A stretch of DNA of 63,498 bases, counting the filler, from Atractiella rhizophila (lineage: Eukaryota): NCBI GenBank assembly GCA_021432655.1. It is 5 parts of 5 records of this genome, joined end to end, with 100 filler letters (N's around TTAATTAATTAA, not from the genome) between each part and the next. Parts side by side here need not be neighbours in the genome. Positions count along the whole stretch, not along the records: positions 1 to 28,107 come from MU271680.1; 4 more parts are not named here. One strand, given 5' to 3'. The notes beneath the pieces were generated by a model that saw nothing but the letters and a program-made list of their open reading frames with translations, ran no database searches and had not been told where the DNA came from. A program made the position numbers and the translations under genes. Positions 13,901-26,233 of the stretch are shown in pieces. Position 1 is the first letter of the stretch. Each line of letters starts with the position of its first letter.

Positions 13901-14155
13901 GAGACGAGAATCTGCCTTTAGATCCGAATATGAACTATATGTCATTAGAATCGCTTAGCATAGAGGTGAGGCAACGTTTGATGAAATATCGCCCGGCTAC
14001 TTTTGTGCGCTTTTTTCACTTCTGCTTGAAGGAGAAGCCTCTCTTGACGGGTCTTGTAGGGTGCTGCGCGACGGCTGGAAGGAATCACACCTGCTGGATT
14101 GACCGAGTTATCGGAACACTTGAGCCGTCAACGCGGGTCTGTAGCAATACCATGA
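10973..14155 (+). CDS. MTO1: tRNA uridine-5-carboxymethylaminomethyl modification enzyme, GidA/MnmG family (mitochondrial)
   Basis: [78 protein letters not shown] and [11 protein letters not shown]. Spliced C-terminus [13 protein letters not shown]...VAIP*. Confidence 0.95.
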
Positions 14156-14340
14156 TTTTATGGGATAATGGTAACTACTTCACATGATTATCGTGTATAG
14201 GCACTGAGAGTAATCTATTTGTTCACAATTCCTAAATTGGTTCATATATATCGATAAACAACAAATAAACCCCTTTACTACGGCTTATGCACAGATTAAC
14301 AACTGAAGATATGCACAAGTACCCGAAGCTGCGTGTCTTA

Positions 14341-17199
14341 TTAAGGGATTGGAAAACCATCCAGCGGGTTTCTGAGAGGGTACGAAGGAATCGAGTTCAC
14401 GACAATAGGAGGGTATGAACTAGGTGGCGCAGACACCATGGTAGGATATAAGTTAGGTAGGGTAGTCATCGGTTGTGCGTAGTATGAGGTACGAGGTAAG
14501 TGTGAGGAAGAGTTGGGGAAGACAAGATGGGCCACATCTCCCATTGTGCCCATATATTGGCGAATGATGTCTTGATCTACAACAGGAGTTGCAGGGGAAG
14601 ATGGAGCCAATGCCTGTCCGAAATCTTGAGAGATGTGCGATGGAAGGATATCTTCGAATACCGGACCCCAACAACTTGGCGCAGAATAGTGGATGTCCCT
14701 TGGATCGTCGAAGCCAGCTGCTGGCGGACTGAATCCTGAAGCGTTCGATGACGCAGGGGAGCTGTTGCTATTACTTCCGGCGCGGAAGATGTGTGTTGCT
14801 TCGCTTCCTCTAAGGTCAGCCGTATTAGCAGATGGCGAATCCGACACCTTCAGGTTCTCCATCCCTTCAATGACTGGTCGAACGTCGGCGTAAGAGTAGC
14901 CGCTGCAGCGTAACATGTGGAGCGCAATGGAGAGAAGTTGATCCGGAAGGCGGGCGATGACCTGTTGAAAACGCTGTGGAAGATCGGGGACGAAGCAGAA
15001 ACAAGCGAAGGCGGTTCGAATCATGGCCCCTGAGGATAGACGATCTGTGATTGTTTGATCCTGCCAAGTTTTCACGTAAGCAAGGAGGATACTCTGTATG
15101 GTCGCAGCGAAAACTCACATCGTGTAGAACTTGAAGGCAGGCTAAGACGTTTCTTATCTCTTGCTCCACCCGTCCCTCGCTCTCCTTCGTCAGACGCTCC
15201 AAGTCCAATATTCTCTTCTCCACTTCATCCTTCTTCATAACCTTCTCCTCTCCCTGCAGACCTCCACGGATTAACAGCTCTCTGTACTTCTGGCTCGCGA
15301 CGAGTCTCGCAAAGAGCCCACGATGGGCTATACAGACAGTGCGGGCGACGTGGAGGATGACATTGATAGAAAGGAAGTTGGGATGATTCGTCGGCTGAGG
15401 CCCTTGCTTCGCACTCCTAAGTCTCGTCTGAAAGGTCGATAAATCGTCTTGCACATCTTTTACGAAGGCCCAAAACCGCCGCAAACGATTTCTTTCATTG
15501 CCAAAACGTTGACGAGCGATGGGAGAAGTCCATTGTTTGACGAGAAAGCGGGTGAGAACTGCTACTCTCGTTGTCTATCCTCCCACATCAGCAACTTGAC
15601 CGTGCCTTGGGAGAGAGAGTGGGACGAAAAGAATACCAAGGCGACATATTGATCGTCGAGACTCGGATTGGGGCCGAATCGGGATAGGTCGTCGAGCTTT
15701 CGACTGTGTGGCGCAGACGAAGAGGGGAGGAGGAACATGTCAAGACCATAGGGGTACCGGCGAAACATCATCTTTACATCGTCGTCGCTCAAGGCGAGAG
15801 CGTCTCCGCTCGCAACCGCCGAGAAGGCGTCTCTCCCAAATATTGCAGGAGCAAGACGTCTCAAGACCTCTGGACGTATTGCGAGGTCCTGTCGGGTCGT
15901 CCCTACCATCAGTGACTTGGCACGGCACGGGGGCAAGACGCACAACGCAGCTCCTGAAATGACTCGCGGCGGCGAGAATGTAAGGCCGCCCGATTTTGCA
16001 TGTGTAATCCATCGCGTCTACGACCGATTCTAGTACGATGAGAGTGACGAGGCTCTCAACAGTCGGCTTTCTAAGCAGTCCCACTTCGTCGCACTTCTTG
16101 ACAGCAAAATTGAGAATGCTTCCACAGAAAGTCTCCCTGGCCGTCCCAACTGCATAGGAATTCTCTACGGTGGCCACTTCGGAGGGATTGGAGTGGAAGA
16201 AGGCTTCGTATTCTTTTGATGCGTGTTCGGTGCCAACAATGGACGAATGAGGAGAGTACCGAGAACCGATATACATCATGCAGGCTGCTGAGATCTGTCA
16301 TAATACTAACCATTGAGAAGTTGCGGAATAGAAACAGAGGAGAAACATGCCTGCTCTTCCGGACAAGACATCTGGCTCAATCGTCCTCCGGCCCCATACC
16401 AACGGTCGAGTAAGTTTGGATAGAGGAATTCCGTGAGTGGGGTCTTGATGCATCTCTTTTGCACTGACCCAATCGCACACGATTATCAGGACAAGTTAAC
16501 GGTGAGCTCCAAACCAATCGGAAATGTTGACAGGTCACTCACGCTGCAGCAGGGTACCATAAAGCTGGGCTTCCAGCTCTGTTACCACCAATCCTCGCTC
16601 AGGTGAGTTGGGAATGAGATCCTTTTGAAAAGGTACAGGAAGATTGATCCTTTTCATTCATAAATCTATGCATCCAAACGAATGAAGAATTAGGAGTGCT
16701 CACTCTGGAAGGTCAAGTTGACCCCGTCCTCCTGCACCTTTTCTCATATTTCGTTTGTCTGCTTCCTCCTTCGCCGTCTTGCTCTTCCAATATTCGAAAG
16801 TACACTTCACTCCTTTAGACCGGCAATTCGCACACGTCACATCTTGCTCCTTCTGGGCGGAACTAATGGGGGGAGGCAGGCGATCGGCGTCGTACGTGCA
16901 TTTTGCACGGCGTTTTCGACATCTATCCGCAACATATCAGTCGCTCTCCAATTTTGCAATTAGGCGAGAGAGGTGGCACACCTATCGCATGCCTTGGCTA
17001 TTCGTAAACGAGGGAGAAGAGTGGTATGTGTTGACGTCGAAGGTGCATTTATAGCAGTGCCTGGAAGAGAAGCGGGGAAGGTGGAAGGAGAGTAATCTCC
17101 TCCTACTGACGCTGCGTGTAAACTCTTGGTATGGCCTGTTCGTCCTACTTCGAACGGTTCGGTGTAGCTTGATGACCAGTTAAGGGGATGCTGGAACAC
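14341..17199 (-). CDS. Zn(II)2Cys6 fungal transcription factor
   Basis: Splicing near 16980-16925 gives ACDRCRKRRAKCTYDADRLPPPISSAQKEQDVTCANCRSKGVKCTFEY. A middle-homology-like region (PTVESLVTLIVL) and an S/P-rich tail follow. Start codon not located. Confidence 0.8.
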
Positions 17200-18192
17200 T
17201 GTGCTCGAACGTCAGCGAACGAGTTTGAATGAAGATAAAAAGGGAGAAGCGATACTTACTTTTTGGAACTTTTCGAGCGGAGACCACTCAAACGGAGTAT
17301 ATCGAGCTGTCACTGTGAAAGCGGTCTTCAAATAACGATGAAATATTGTACGTCTAGTATAAGCTCGCCGAGCGAGAGGCAGAGATTGAAAATTGGCTGA
17401 AAATGAGATGCGGCGAATGAAATGAACAGAAGCGAAAGGAGTGATGTAATTGGAAGATGTTTCTTGCCCTTGACAAATTTAGGCGACTAGCAATGCTGTA
17501 AGACAACCCTGTAAACGCCACAACTGACAATAGGTCCTGCAGGAGCAGGAGAAGCAGTTGCCAATTGCTGAATTTGGCACCGGCAATGGTCAGGGCAAGA
17601 TCAGCATCGCGTGGTTGAAGCCGGGCTGACTACGACTATGATTTCGAAATGTCTCACTACGGCAGCTTAACTCGGTCACGTAACAGCATACAGAAGCAAT
17701 AAAGTGTAATATCTATTGAATGCAATCTTGATGGAACAAGATGAGTGTGCAACAGTGTATTAACGTAGTGAGGGACAACAGGAGCAGGTGGAGCTGGGAG
17801 GATATAGATAGCGAGCGAATGTGGTGATTGACTTGGAAGGGAGGAACAGGTGCGTCTATCTTGCCAGCTGTATGGCGACTGCATCTATTCAAATTTTGGT
17901 TGTTTGTTTGACGCTTCTAGTTTCTAAGAGTTACCTTCTGAAACTTCTCGATAGTGTACTGTACTGTAGAGTCAAAGCGCTTCTTCACGCCTTTTGCTTT
18001 GCTGCATCACAGCGCGATTGGTCAACCACCCTATCGATTGCGCCGTCTATAAAGATATCGGGTATAGGACAGCAGAGCAAGAGAGTGAAAAAAAGAGCGC
18101 CAATTTACATCACACATTCCTTCTCACACCAAAACAACAACAATAACCATCTTTTCATTTTATTTGCATCATTGATCGATTTCTCAGACCGT

Positions 18193-19941
18193 TTACCAGA
18201 CGACGGCCCTGAGGTTGGTGGTTCCGCTGGGGAATCCGGTAGCGTCAGCGACCGCGTTAGACTTGAGAGAAGCCTGGAGGGAGGCAGGGGAACTGTTTCA
18301 TTTGTCCATTCATCATCAGTCATCTTGTTCTTCCTAGGCGAGGAAACGTACGCGTTAGCCTTGCTAAGTTCAACAGCCAAGATACCAGCGACACCGGGAG
18401 CAGCCATGGAGGTTCCGGAGAGAGTCGCGGTCGCGGTGGTGGAGCCAATGTAGGCAGAGCGGACGGAGACGCCAAGGAAGTGAACCTGTTTGTGTGACGT
18501 TTCGTCAATCTTTTGATCAGAGGAGAAGTGATGAAGGGCATACGTCGATGACGGCACCGTAGTTGCTGAAGGAAGCCTTAGCCTTAGCGGAGCTGATGGC
18601 ACCTGCAGTCGCAAATGAGAATATTTTCTGTGTATGGAAAGAATCAACATACCAACTGTAACCGCAGAAGTTACGCGGGCAGGGCTGTAGTTTCCAGCGT
18701 TGGCACTATTTTTCCTTCAGTATGTGCTCGGATCTATTCAAAGACCTTACTTGTCGTTTCCGGCTAAGCCCCCAGCCGTCAATTCGTTTGCACAAGATGG
18801 GAGGGAAGGAGAGACATACCAGCAATGGTGACGTGGACACCAGCACTGACAGCACCGCTGACAGCAGAGTCAACGGATGTAGATGCGCTTCCACCGAGAG
18901 AGAGGTTGATGACAGAGGGTCTGCCAGAAGCAGCACCAGCGTTGGCACTATCATCCAAACTGTTAGCTTCGTGGGTAGTGATAAGAAAAGTGCTCTCACG
19001 CCCAGTTGACGCCAGAAATAACGTCAGAGAAGGATCCAGAGCCGGAGTCGCTCAGGACCTTGACGGCGATGATGGAAGCGCTGGTAGCAGGTCCGAATCC
19101 AGAGCCAGCGGCGATACCCATGGTGTGAGTTCCTGTAAAACAATTACAGTCAGGATCCACTCTGTACAAAAGGTACAAGTCCGTCGAAGGGAATGATCGC
19201 GGGTAGCGTACCATGTCCGTTTCCGTCCTAAAATACGTGAGCGATGGAGCAAGCTGCAGAGAGAGACACATACAGCGTTGGCATATCCTCCGAAGGTCGC
19301 TCCCCAGCTGGCGCGGCCTCCGAAAGCGCTGTGTGCGGTGTAAACTCCAGTATCGACGGAGTAGCTGCATGGCTCAGTCAGATTTTATTTTGACAGGCAA
19401 AAGACGTACATGTTAACACCGGATCCAGTCTGCCTCTTATTGAGGTGGGCAACTACGGGCTCAGGAGACCTCTCCTCGAGGCTAGTTTCCTGAACATCAA
19501 AGTTGATGGTGATGGTTCCGTCCTGTTTTTTTTTATGTCAGCGTCCCGTGGAGGGACACGGGGAGAAACCGAACCTCCTCGACGAATTCAACGTTGTCGT
19601 CAGCCAATACCTGGTCAAGAACAGCAGGCGAGAGCTCGGCAGCGTAAGCATTGATGATGGTCCAATCGTCGTAAATAACATTGGCGACGATATCCGTGCC
19701 AACTTCAGCGATGCCCGCGACGTCTCCCTGCAGGACCCATTAATGAGCTCATTTGGGAAAAAGAGAAGAAAGAGCGTACAATGGAGGCAATGGAAGCACC
19801 CTTGTCAGCTCCGTCCTTCAGCTTGACAATGTAGCGGTTGGCAGCGCCAGGAGTCTCAGCTCGCCTGTACTTGGGGTGAACGTTGGTGGGAGCTGCAAGG
19901 ACTCCGGCAGTGAGCGTCAAGAGAGTCGCAAGAGAAAGCAT
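18193..19941 (-). CDS. Secreted subtilisin-like serine protease (S8, proteinase K subfamily) with I9 propeptide
   Basis: Signal peptide MLSLATLLTLTAGVLA; propeptide RYIVKLKD; catalytic motifs VDTG, GHG|THTMG and SGTSMAAP; also IIAVKVL, NLSLGG and AGND. Ends NLRAVVW*. Confidence 0.93.
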
Positions 19942-20759
19942 GATTGCAAGTGCTAGAGATGTTGCTGTGAAGCTTGAGGACTGCTGTGATGGGTTGAGCT
20001 GCCTTGAAGTTCACGACCTCGATTGGCCTGCTTTTATAGCTTTCCTGGGACCTCCCATGAATTCTGGTCATCTCCCTTCATCTCCTCCAAGCAGGTTGCC
20101 AAGCCTGCACTTGCAACGCTACAGGCTTCCCGATAATAAAAAAACAGGAAGAGGAGCGTGGTCTCTGCATCCCCCACTGCTGAAACACGCGGGAGGGTAG
20201 GTAGTTGGGAAGCAGTATCGTGTTCGAAGGCGATAGAATGATAAGGATGATGACAGCGGGGCTGACAAGATGACGAATTGCACGTTATTTGTTGTACATC
20301 TGAAGTCATCTACATCGCGTGCAGCAATCCCTAAGTGTTTTTACTTATTTCCTCGTCGCTTGAATTTCAACATTCCTTGCGGCAGAACCTCACACCAATG
20401 GAAAGGTTCCGAGGTCCTACTCCTGCTTCAATCTTCTAGGATCGAAGCGCAGCGATAATTGCAACCGATAGTCGAGAAGGAGGATTGAACTGAACTAAGT
20501 CTCGTTCCTGGTCCCGTTTCTGAAGCGGTCTGAAAATTAATACACTCTCCGCTCGGCGGGTCTGAAAGCGGGGTGTGAAAAGCATGATAGCATGATAGCT
20601 TTAATCACGTTGCTGGCGTAAATGCGTCTATCTCTGAGCCATACTTACCTCCCATTCTCTCGAAAGTCTTGTCGATACTGTTGTCAGTTCAGTGACCGGA
20701 AGAAAGCGGATGACAACTATCTTTCCTCCCTTCTGTCAAATTCACTACGTTTGCACCGC

Positions 20760-21381
20760 TCACGATTCAAGCTTCCCGCCAACGGACGCGATGATCGAGG
20801 CTCTATCTCTCAGCATTCCTGCGCGTGAGCAACGGGACAAAGCATCTACAAACATTTCGAGACTATCGCTAGAGGCAACTGGCATCCCGTTTAGCATTAA
20901 AAGCTCCAAAAATCCAGCGGGGAGCACACGTGTCATTGATTTCTCAAATTCTGTCATCTTAGAGCTACAGTGGTACCATGATGACGCGAGACTTCCAAGG
21001 TGGAATGTCTAAGGCCCCAAGAGGTCGATTGGATGTTTCATCGGGTCCCTCAAGGTGCTTGAATTCAACGGGTTTGACACAGAACCATTGATGATGTGTC
21101 GACGTCTCGCAAAGATTGATGCGGAAGGAACACGCGGGTTTGCATGAGCACCTGTGGAAATGAGTGGAGGTGGAGGTGGAACATACATGGTTGACAGTTC
21201 TGCGCAGGCTCAGGGCCGGATAGCCTGTACGACTCCTTAGAACACGGTTGCAAAAATGATGCAATTGGTCAAAATCTACCTTACATCTATGGAGGCTGCA
21301 TGACCCGGAACCGGCCAAGGTTGTGTTGAAAATTGACCATGGCATGGTGCGAGCAGTAGCACCAAACCTTGAGCATTGCAC
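20760..21381 (-). CDS. Hypothetical Cys/His-rich protein
   Basis: 138-aa ORF containing RCSCKPACSFRINL...WFC...FKH, followed by a 65-aa ORF on the same strand. Confidence 0.25.
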
Positions 21382-21523
21382 TCGTCAAAGAGTGAAAGCC
21401 CACCGCTCTTCTCATTACAACCGCACAACATCTCCTCATAAAGTAACACCTCCCAGGGATAGATGAGATATCACAGCATTGCACATAGACGGCTGACGGA
21501 AGCAAACACACGATATACGTCTA

Positions 21524-23507
21524 TTATTTTTTCAGACCCCTTACCTTTCCCTTTGCCCTTCCCCTTCCTCGGCTAGGACCTGGAATGGGAAGTTCCAGGA
21601 CAGGTTTCGTACCGCCTCCCGGTCTCATTCTCAAGTTTCTGATGAGCTCCGCATCCTCCCTCGTTGTTCTTACAGGTCGGCGAACGCTCCTCTCTCCCTC
21701 AGTAGTAAAGTCTTCTATATCATCCCCTTCCTCCGAATCATTGAACTCCAACCCATCTTCGCGCGGCACCGTCCCATCGAATTCAATTAAATCAACCCCG
21801 TCTTTCTTGATCTGGTCCATAGTTCGTCCAGTAAGCAGACTCTTATCCTTTAGATCGGTGCTCGTATCCTCCTTAAATATCCTGCCTCCCTTGGTCGCGA
21901 GTTGTAAGATCCAATTCCTCCTAATCTGTGCGGCTCCGTTATACTTGGACTTTGAATATTTGACATTTCCAATTTCGTGTGTAAAAGCGATCTTGATGTG
22001 ATAGCGTTTTCCGATCAGCTCCACAATGAACCCTCGTGTTTTCTTTGAGCTATGATTTGAGCGTTGAGACCGTGTCAAGACGCCCCCATCATCAGCTGCA
22101 GAGGTTACAGCTCGATATGCTTTCCCCAACCGCTGTTCTTGAATGTAGCCGGGCCACTTAGAAATATCTTGGGCTAAAGAGCTAGGTCCCACATCTGAGT
22201 CTTCAGAGGTTGAAGGGTCGAGATCACCTCCTGAATTCGAGTCGTGAACAAGATATGTCCCAAAATCCCAAACGCCTTTACAGTTTTCAATAATAAGTTC
22301 AGGACAATACGGTAGAGTTGAAGACAGACCAGTGGCACCTATGCCTCCGCCTTCGTGAAAAGAGTAGCTAGGTTAAATCAGCTTCTGCTCTCCGGAAGTA
22401 ATTAAGAGACGTACAATAAAGGGTGTATCTCTGTCTCCACAGCAAGAACTCTGCGCCCTCTTTCAGAGAGCGGAGAGAGACCTTTCGGAATGGCGAAGGA
22501 GAGGGTGCCGCCATCGTTACGCCCGAAGCGGTGAACAGTGTCACAAGTCGGACATTTATTAGGAGCAACAGGGTGAGCGGTAGTGCATTGTAAGCGAAGG
22601 TCAAAGTGGTTCGCTGTCGCGTGCTAGACGGTGATGCTTTAAGATCCTGAACGTTGTGACAGGAAGGTACGAACATGCTGTTGCCTTCAAATACACTTCA
22701 GTGCGCGAAATCATGTCAGCGCGGTAAACGTACAATGTAAAATGGTTCCTCTGCTCGGCAGCTGGGAACCGTTCCACGTATGCAGCATACCGCTCGGGCC
22801 ATCCCCAAGTAAATGTCCTTGCCTTCTTCGGCCTTCGAAGTACCACGGGGTCTTCATCCATTGCCACTTCCTCAACGGGTGGATCTCCTTGATGAGATAA
22901 TGGCGTTTCTTCGATAATTGTATCTTCGATATCGAACTGTGTTTGGGTTCGCATGAGTGGGCGAGGACTTTGTCTCTGAGTAGGATAGCTAAACTCTTCT
23001 CCAGTTCTCAGCATATCCTGGACAATCGTATCCTCAATGATAGTTTCCTCCACGAGAGGAGAAAGAGCCCGAGGAGGTGGCAGCGCGAAAGATAAGCCTT
23101 GCGTCTGTGACGGCTGCTTGAACGTCTGGGATTTGCTCATCTCCAGCTCGCCATCGTGCATATCAAAATCTCTGATTCCTTTAATTCCCTCTCGAACAGC
23201 AGTTAAAGGCGACATTAAGTTATTCTGCACTTGGTTGTATTCCTCTCGTGCAACGGACGGGGGGGTTGGTTCGATTGACACAGGTCCATGTTGCAAGCTC
23301 GCAAGTTCATCCAGATCTTCCGTTTTCCTTTCAGGCATGGCCATTGGGAAGGGAGAAGGAGAAGGCGTGTCCCCGTAGAAATGGTGATAATCCACCGGCC
23401 CTGGCTCTTTTGGCGGTCGTGATTGCAGGATGCTCAGCCTGCCCAGATGTCAGCAACGACTCTGGAGGGAGGAACGAGGAACTCAAGTACTCAAGATACC
23501 GTAACAT
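21524..23507 (-). CDS. Stand-alone LigD 3'-phosphoesterase (PE / LigD_N) domain protein with a long low-complexity N-terminus
   Basis: Removing introns 22733-22685, 22674-22624, 22414-22368 and 22329-22276 yields FTLQQHHATANHFDLRLQ...SFAIPKGL...VLAVETEIHPLFYSFHEGGGIGATGVWDFGTY...FIVELIGKRY...NWIL...SLLTGRTMDQI, matching the PE consensus motifs in order. Probable ATG at 23507 with one short intron. Confidence 0.85.
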
Positions 23508-23788
23508 GGTGCCTCGTCAATTACAAGTATCGAGAAAGCACTTTGAAGCGTCAAATCGTTATGACTGGGCACACAGTCATTTGCAGAGTTTCGGCCCCTA
23601 AGGTTTGTCATTCCTGGCCAAGGGGACACATATGAAAGCAAAGTTGCGAAAGTGCAAGGGCGATGTATTCTTTTGAAATACCAAATGTTTAGTGATTTTT
23701 ACAGTTGGCAACATTTTATATAAAACTTTATTTGTACAACCCGGATTCACTTCCCAACTTCTCAACTAATTTCTTGCCCGTCCCTCTT

Positions 23789-25615
23789 TCAAAGCTTCGT
23801 CAATTCTGGGGTTCCTTTTGCGGGTGGCCCGGAGAATCTGGTCTGAAGGAAGATCTTTTGAATACCGTCCTTTGGATCTCTCTTTTCGAAGGCGTAGTAT
23901 GCTTTATCCGCATCAGCAAGGTCGAAGCGATGTGTAACCATCAGTGTTGGGTCGAGTTTGCGTTCTTGGATCATTTGAAGGAGTTCCTTCCAATCTGTAG
24001 TCATGGTCTTGGTTAATACGCGCTTTCGGGAGGGTACTGGTGAAGAACGAACACTTGTGACAAGGTGCTTGGCCACATCCAATCAACGCGACTCCGCGTT
24101 GCATCATGGAACCAATATTGAGGTGGTTGACCTAGGTAAAAATTGAGCTCTGGCATCAGATTTTTTTGGGACCCACAAAGCCTGCATAGACGCCAGTGAT
24201 ACCACATCTACCCCAAGCTCTGGTACTCGTAATCATTTCATCTGTCCAACGAATGAATCACGCCATCTCTGACATGATGTGGAAACTTACTCAGCAACTC
24301 GCTGGTATCTGTCTCCAACCCAGTCGCAATCTCAATCTTGTGCAGCAAGCTCTTAGGATACTCTCCTGCTGCACACTCAAGGGCGACATCGATCCCGCCT
24401 GGTACCATTTCCAAGAGTGCATCCTTGACTGTCTTCTTCCCAAGAGTTGAGTAATCGAGCGTTTCAAGGCCTGGAATCTTCGATTTGGCCCATTCCAACC
24501 TCCAGTTTGAATCGATACCAATCACTCGGGCGGCGCCGTCCATTTTTGCGAAGATTGCGGCCATGATACCAATAGGTCCCATTCCTTCAAGGAGATGTTA
24601 GAGGCTTTGCCGAAAGGAAATGCCATATAGAGGAAGTGAACCAACCCCAGATTGCAACAACATCGCCTTTTTCAACTTTGGTGTACTTGACGGTATGATA
24701 AGAGGTGCAAAGGACGTCGGAAAGATAAAGAGCTGGGGAACACATGGTTGGTGGCTTGGAAAGGTGAATGGGCTTGACGTACCGGCTTCATCAGGGACGT
24801 CGTCTGGAATAGGCAACAGATTGACATCGCCTAAAGGTACGCGAACGAATTCAGCTTGTCCGCCTCCAAACCCGCCAGTCAAATGGGAATATCCAAAAAA
24901 CCCTTTATGTCACAAGTCAGTCCAGTTTGTCAAAAATTAAATGCTAAGAAGATATGAACGAACCAGCGGTACGCTGCCCATACATAGTGCTCATAACCTT
25001 TGACCCATTCGTGTTTTCGCAAGTGCTCGAGAGGTTCTCTTTGCAGAACCGACAGTTTCCACAGGCGATTTGAAAAGAGGCGACAACGCGCTGTCCTGGC
25101 TTCACTTTCGTAATCCTCGATCCGATCTGTTTACTCGACGATTGATCAAGTTGAGCTAACATTTGGGGAGGAAACCAACTTTGTCCACGACACCCATAAA
25201 CTCGTGGCCTAAAATATCGCCGCTTTGCATTTGCACGATGGCTGCACCATTTTTGGCTTCAGCAACAGCAAGGAACCAACTTAGGATCAGGGACAAACCG
25301 CCATGAAGAAGATGGAGGTCAGAACCGCATATCGTTGAGCCAGTGACTTTCACGATGACGTCGTTGTCGTCAATTATCTTCGGCTTGTAAGTCTCCGCTG
25401 TTCCTCCCATTAACCACTAATTCTGGAATAAATTTATTCGAAAGAGCTCACACATCGTAACCTTCCCTTTCCCTTGCCATGTAAGAGCAATCATTTTTTC
25501 CGAAGTATCCGCCCATTCTTCTACATTTTTGGAGGGGTTTGAAGTGCTCTGTGTCAGAATTTTCGGGTCTTGACCGAGTGTTCCTGCGGCGAGGTTTGCA
25601 AAGTATGTTAGCCAT
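23789..25615 (-). CDS. Zinc-dependent medium-chain dehydrogenase (formaldehyde dehydrogenase-like / YbdR-like)
   Basis: [22 protein letters not shown]...[15 protein letters not shown] and MVTHRFDL. The ATG at 25615 is one base out of frame; the next in-frame ATG is at 25494 (MIALTWQG). Confidence 0.92.
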
Positions 25616-26233
25616 TTGTGTCGTGTTGCAAGATGTTTGAGTTGTTTGTTGTTTCCTGATAAAAGAGCTGGAAAGAGAGATACTTCGAGCTGATTCGATT
25701 GGGGGAGCTTTTATGTTTTAGGGAGCTCATACACTTATACCTGGCTTTATACCCATCACCAAGCATTGTGACGTCAAATGTGAGGTAGTGAGGTAGGTGT
25801 GGTAAAAGGTGGCATAAATAGCGCACGTGACAATGAAGAAGACATATAGAAGGCCGTTCAAGTTAGGAACGCGGGTCGACTTATAGCTTACAGGAAATAG
25901 GACATAGTACGAAATATTCGCTAATTGAGCAAGTGCTATGTCTCGTCTTCCCAACACTGCTTCGTCCTTGTCTCAAATCGGCAAATTCTGTCTCAGCCTG
26001 TCCTAACAGTCCAACATGAATGAACCATCAGTGAAGTCTACTGATCGCTGCTGATAAGACATCGAAAGTGTAGGAAGGTTACCTAACTATAGCCGGGAGG
26101 TCAGACCCTATATTAGACTATCGGAGGTATTGTGACAATGAGGATGGACAAGGGCAGAAGATTTTGTAAGAAGGATCACATTAATCACACAGAAATTTTG
26201 AGCTCAAAATTAAATCACATCAACAAGTGCCCA

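Noticed and set aside
15010..15022. GGTTCGAATC T-loop-like motif suggesting a tRNA
   Set aside because: It lies within a coding exon and no cloverleaf stems are evident. No tRNA or rRNA was recognised in the window.
14341..25615. Possible functional cluster of Zn2Cys6 factor, protease, PE and dehydrogenase
   Set aside because: No backbone biosynthetic enzyme or shared pathway is evident; ordinary gene-dense neighbourhood.
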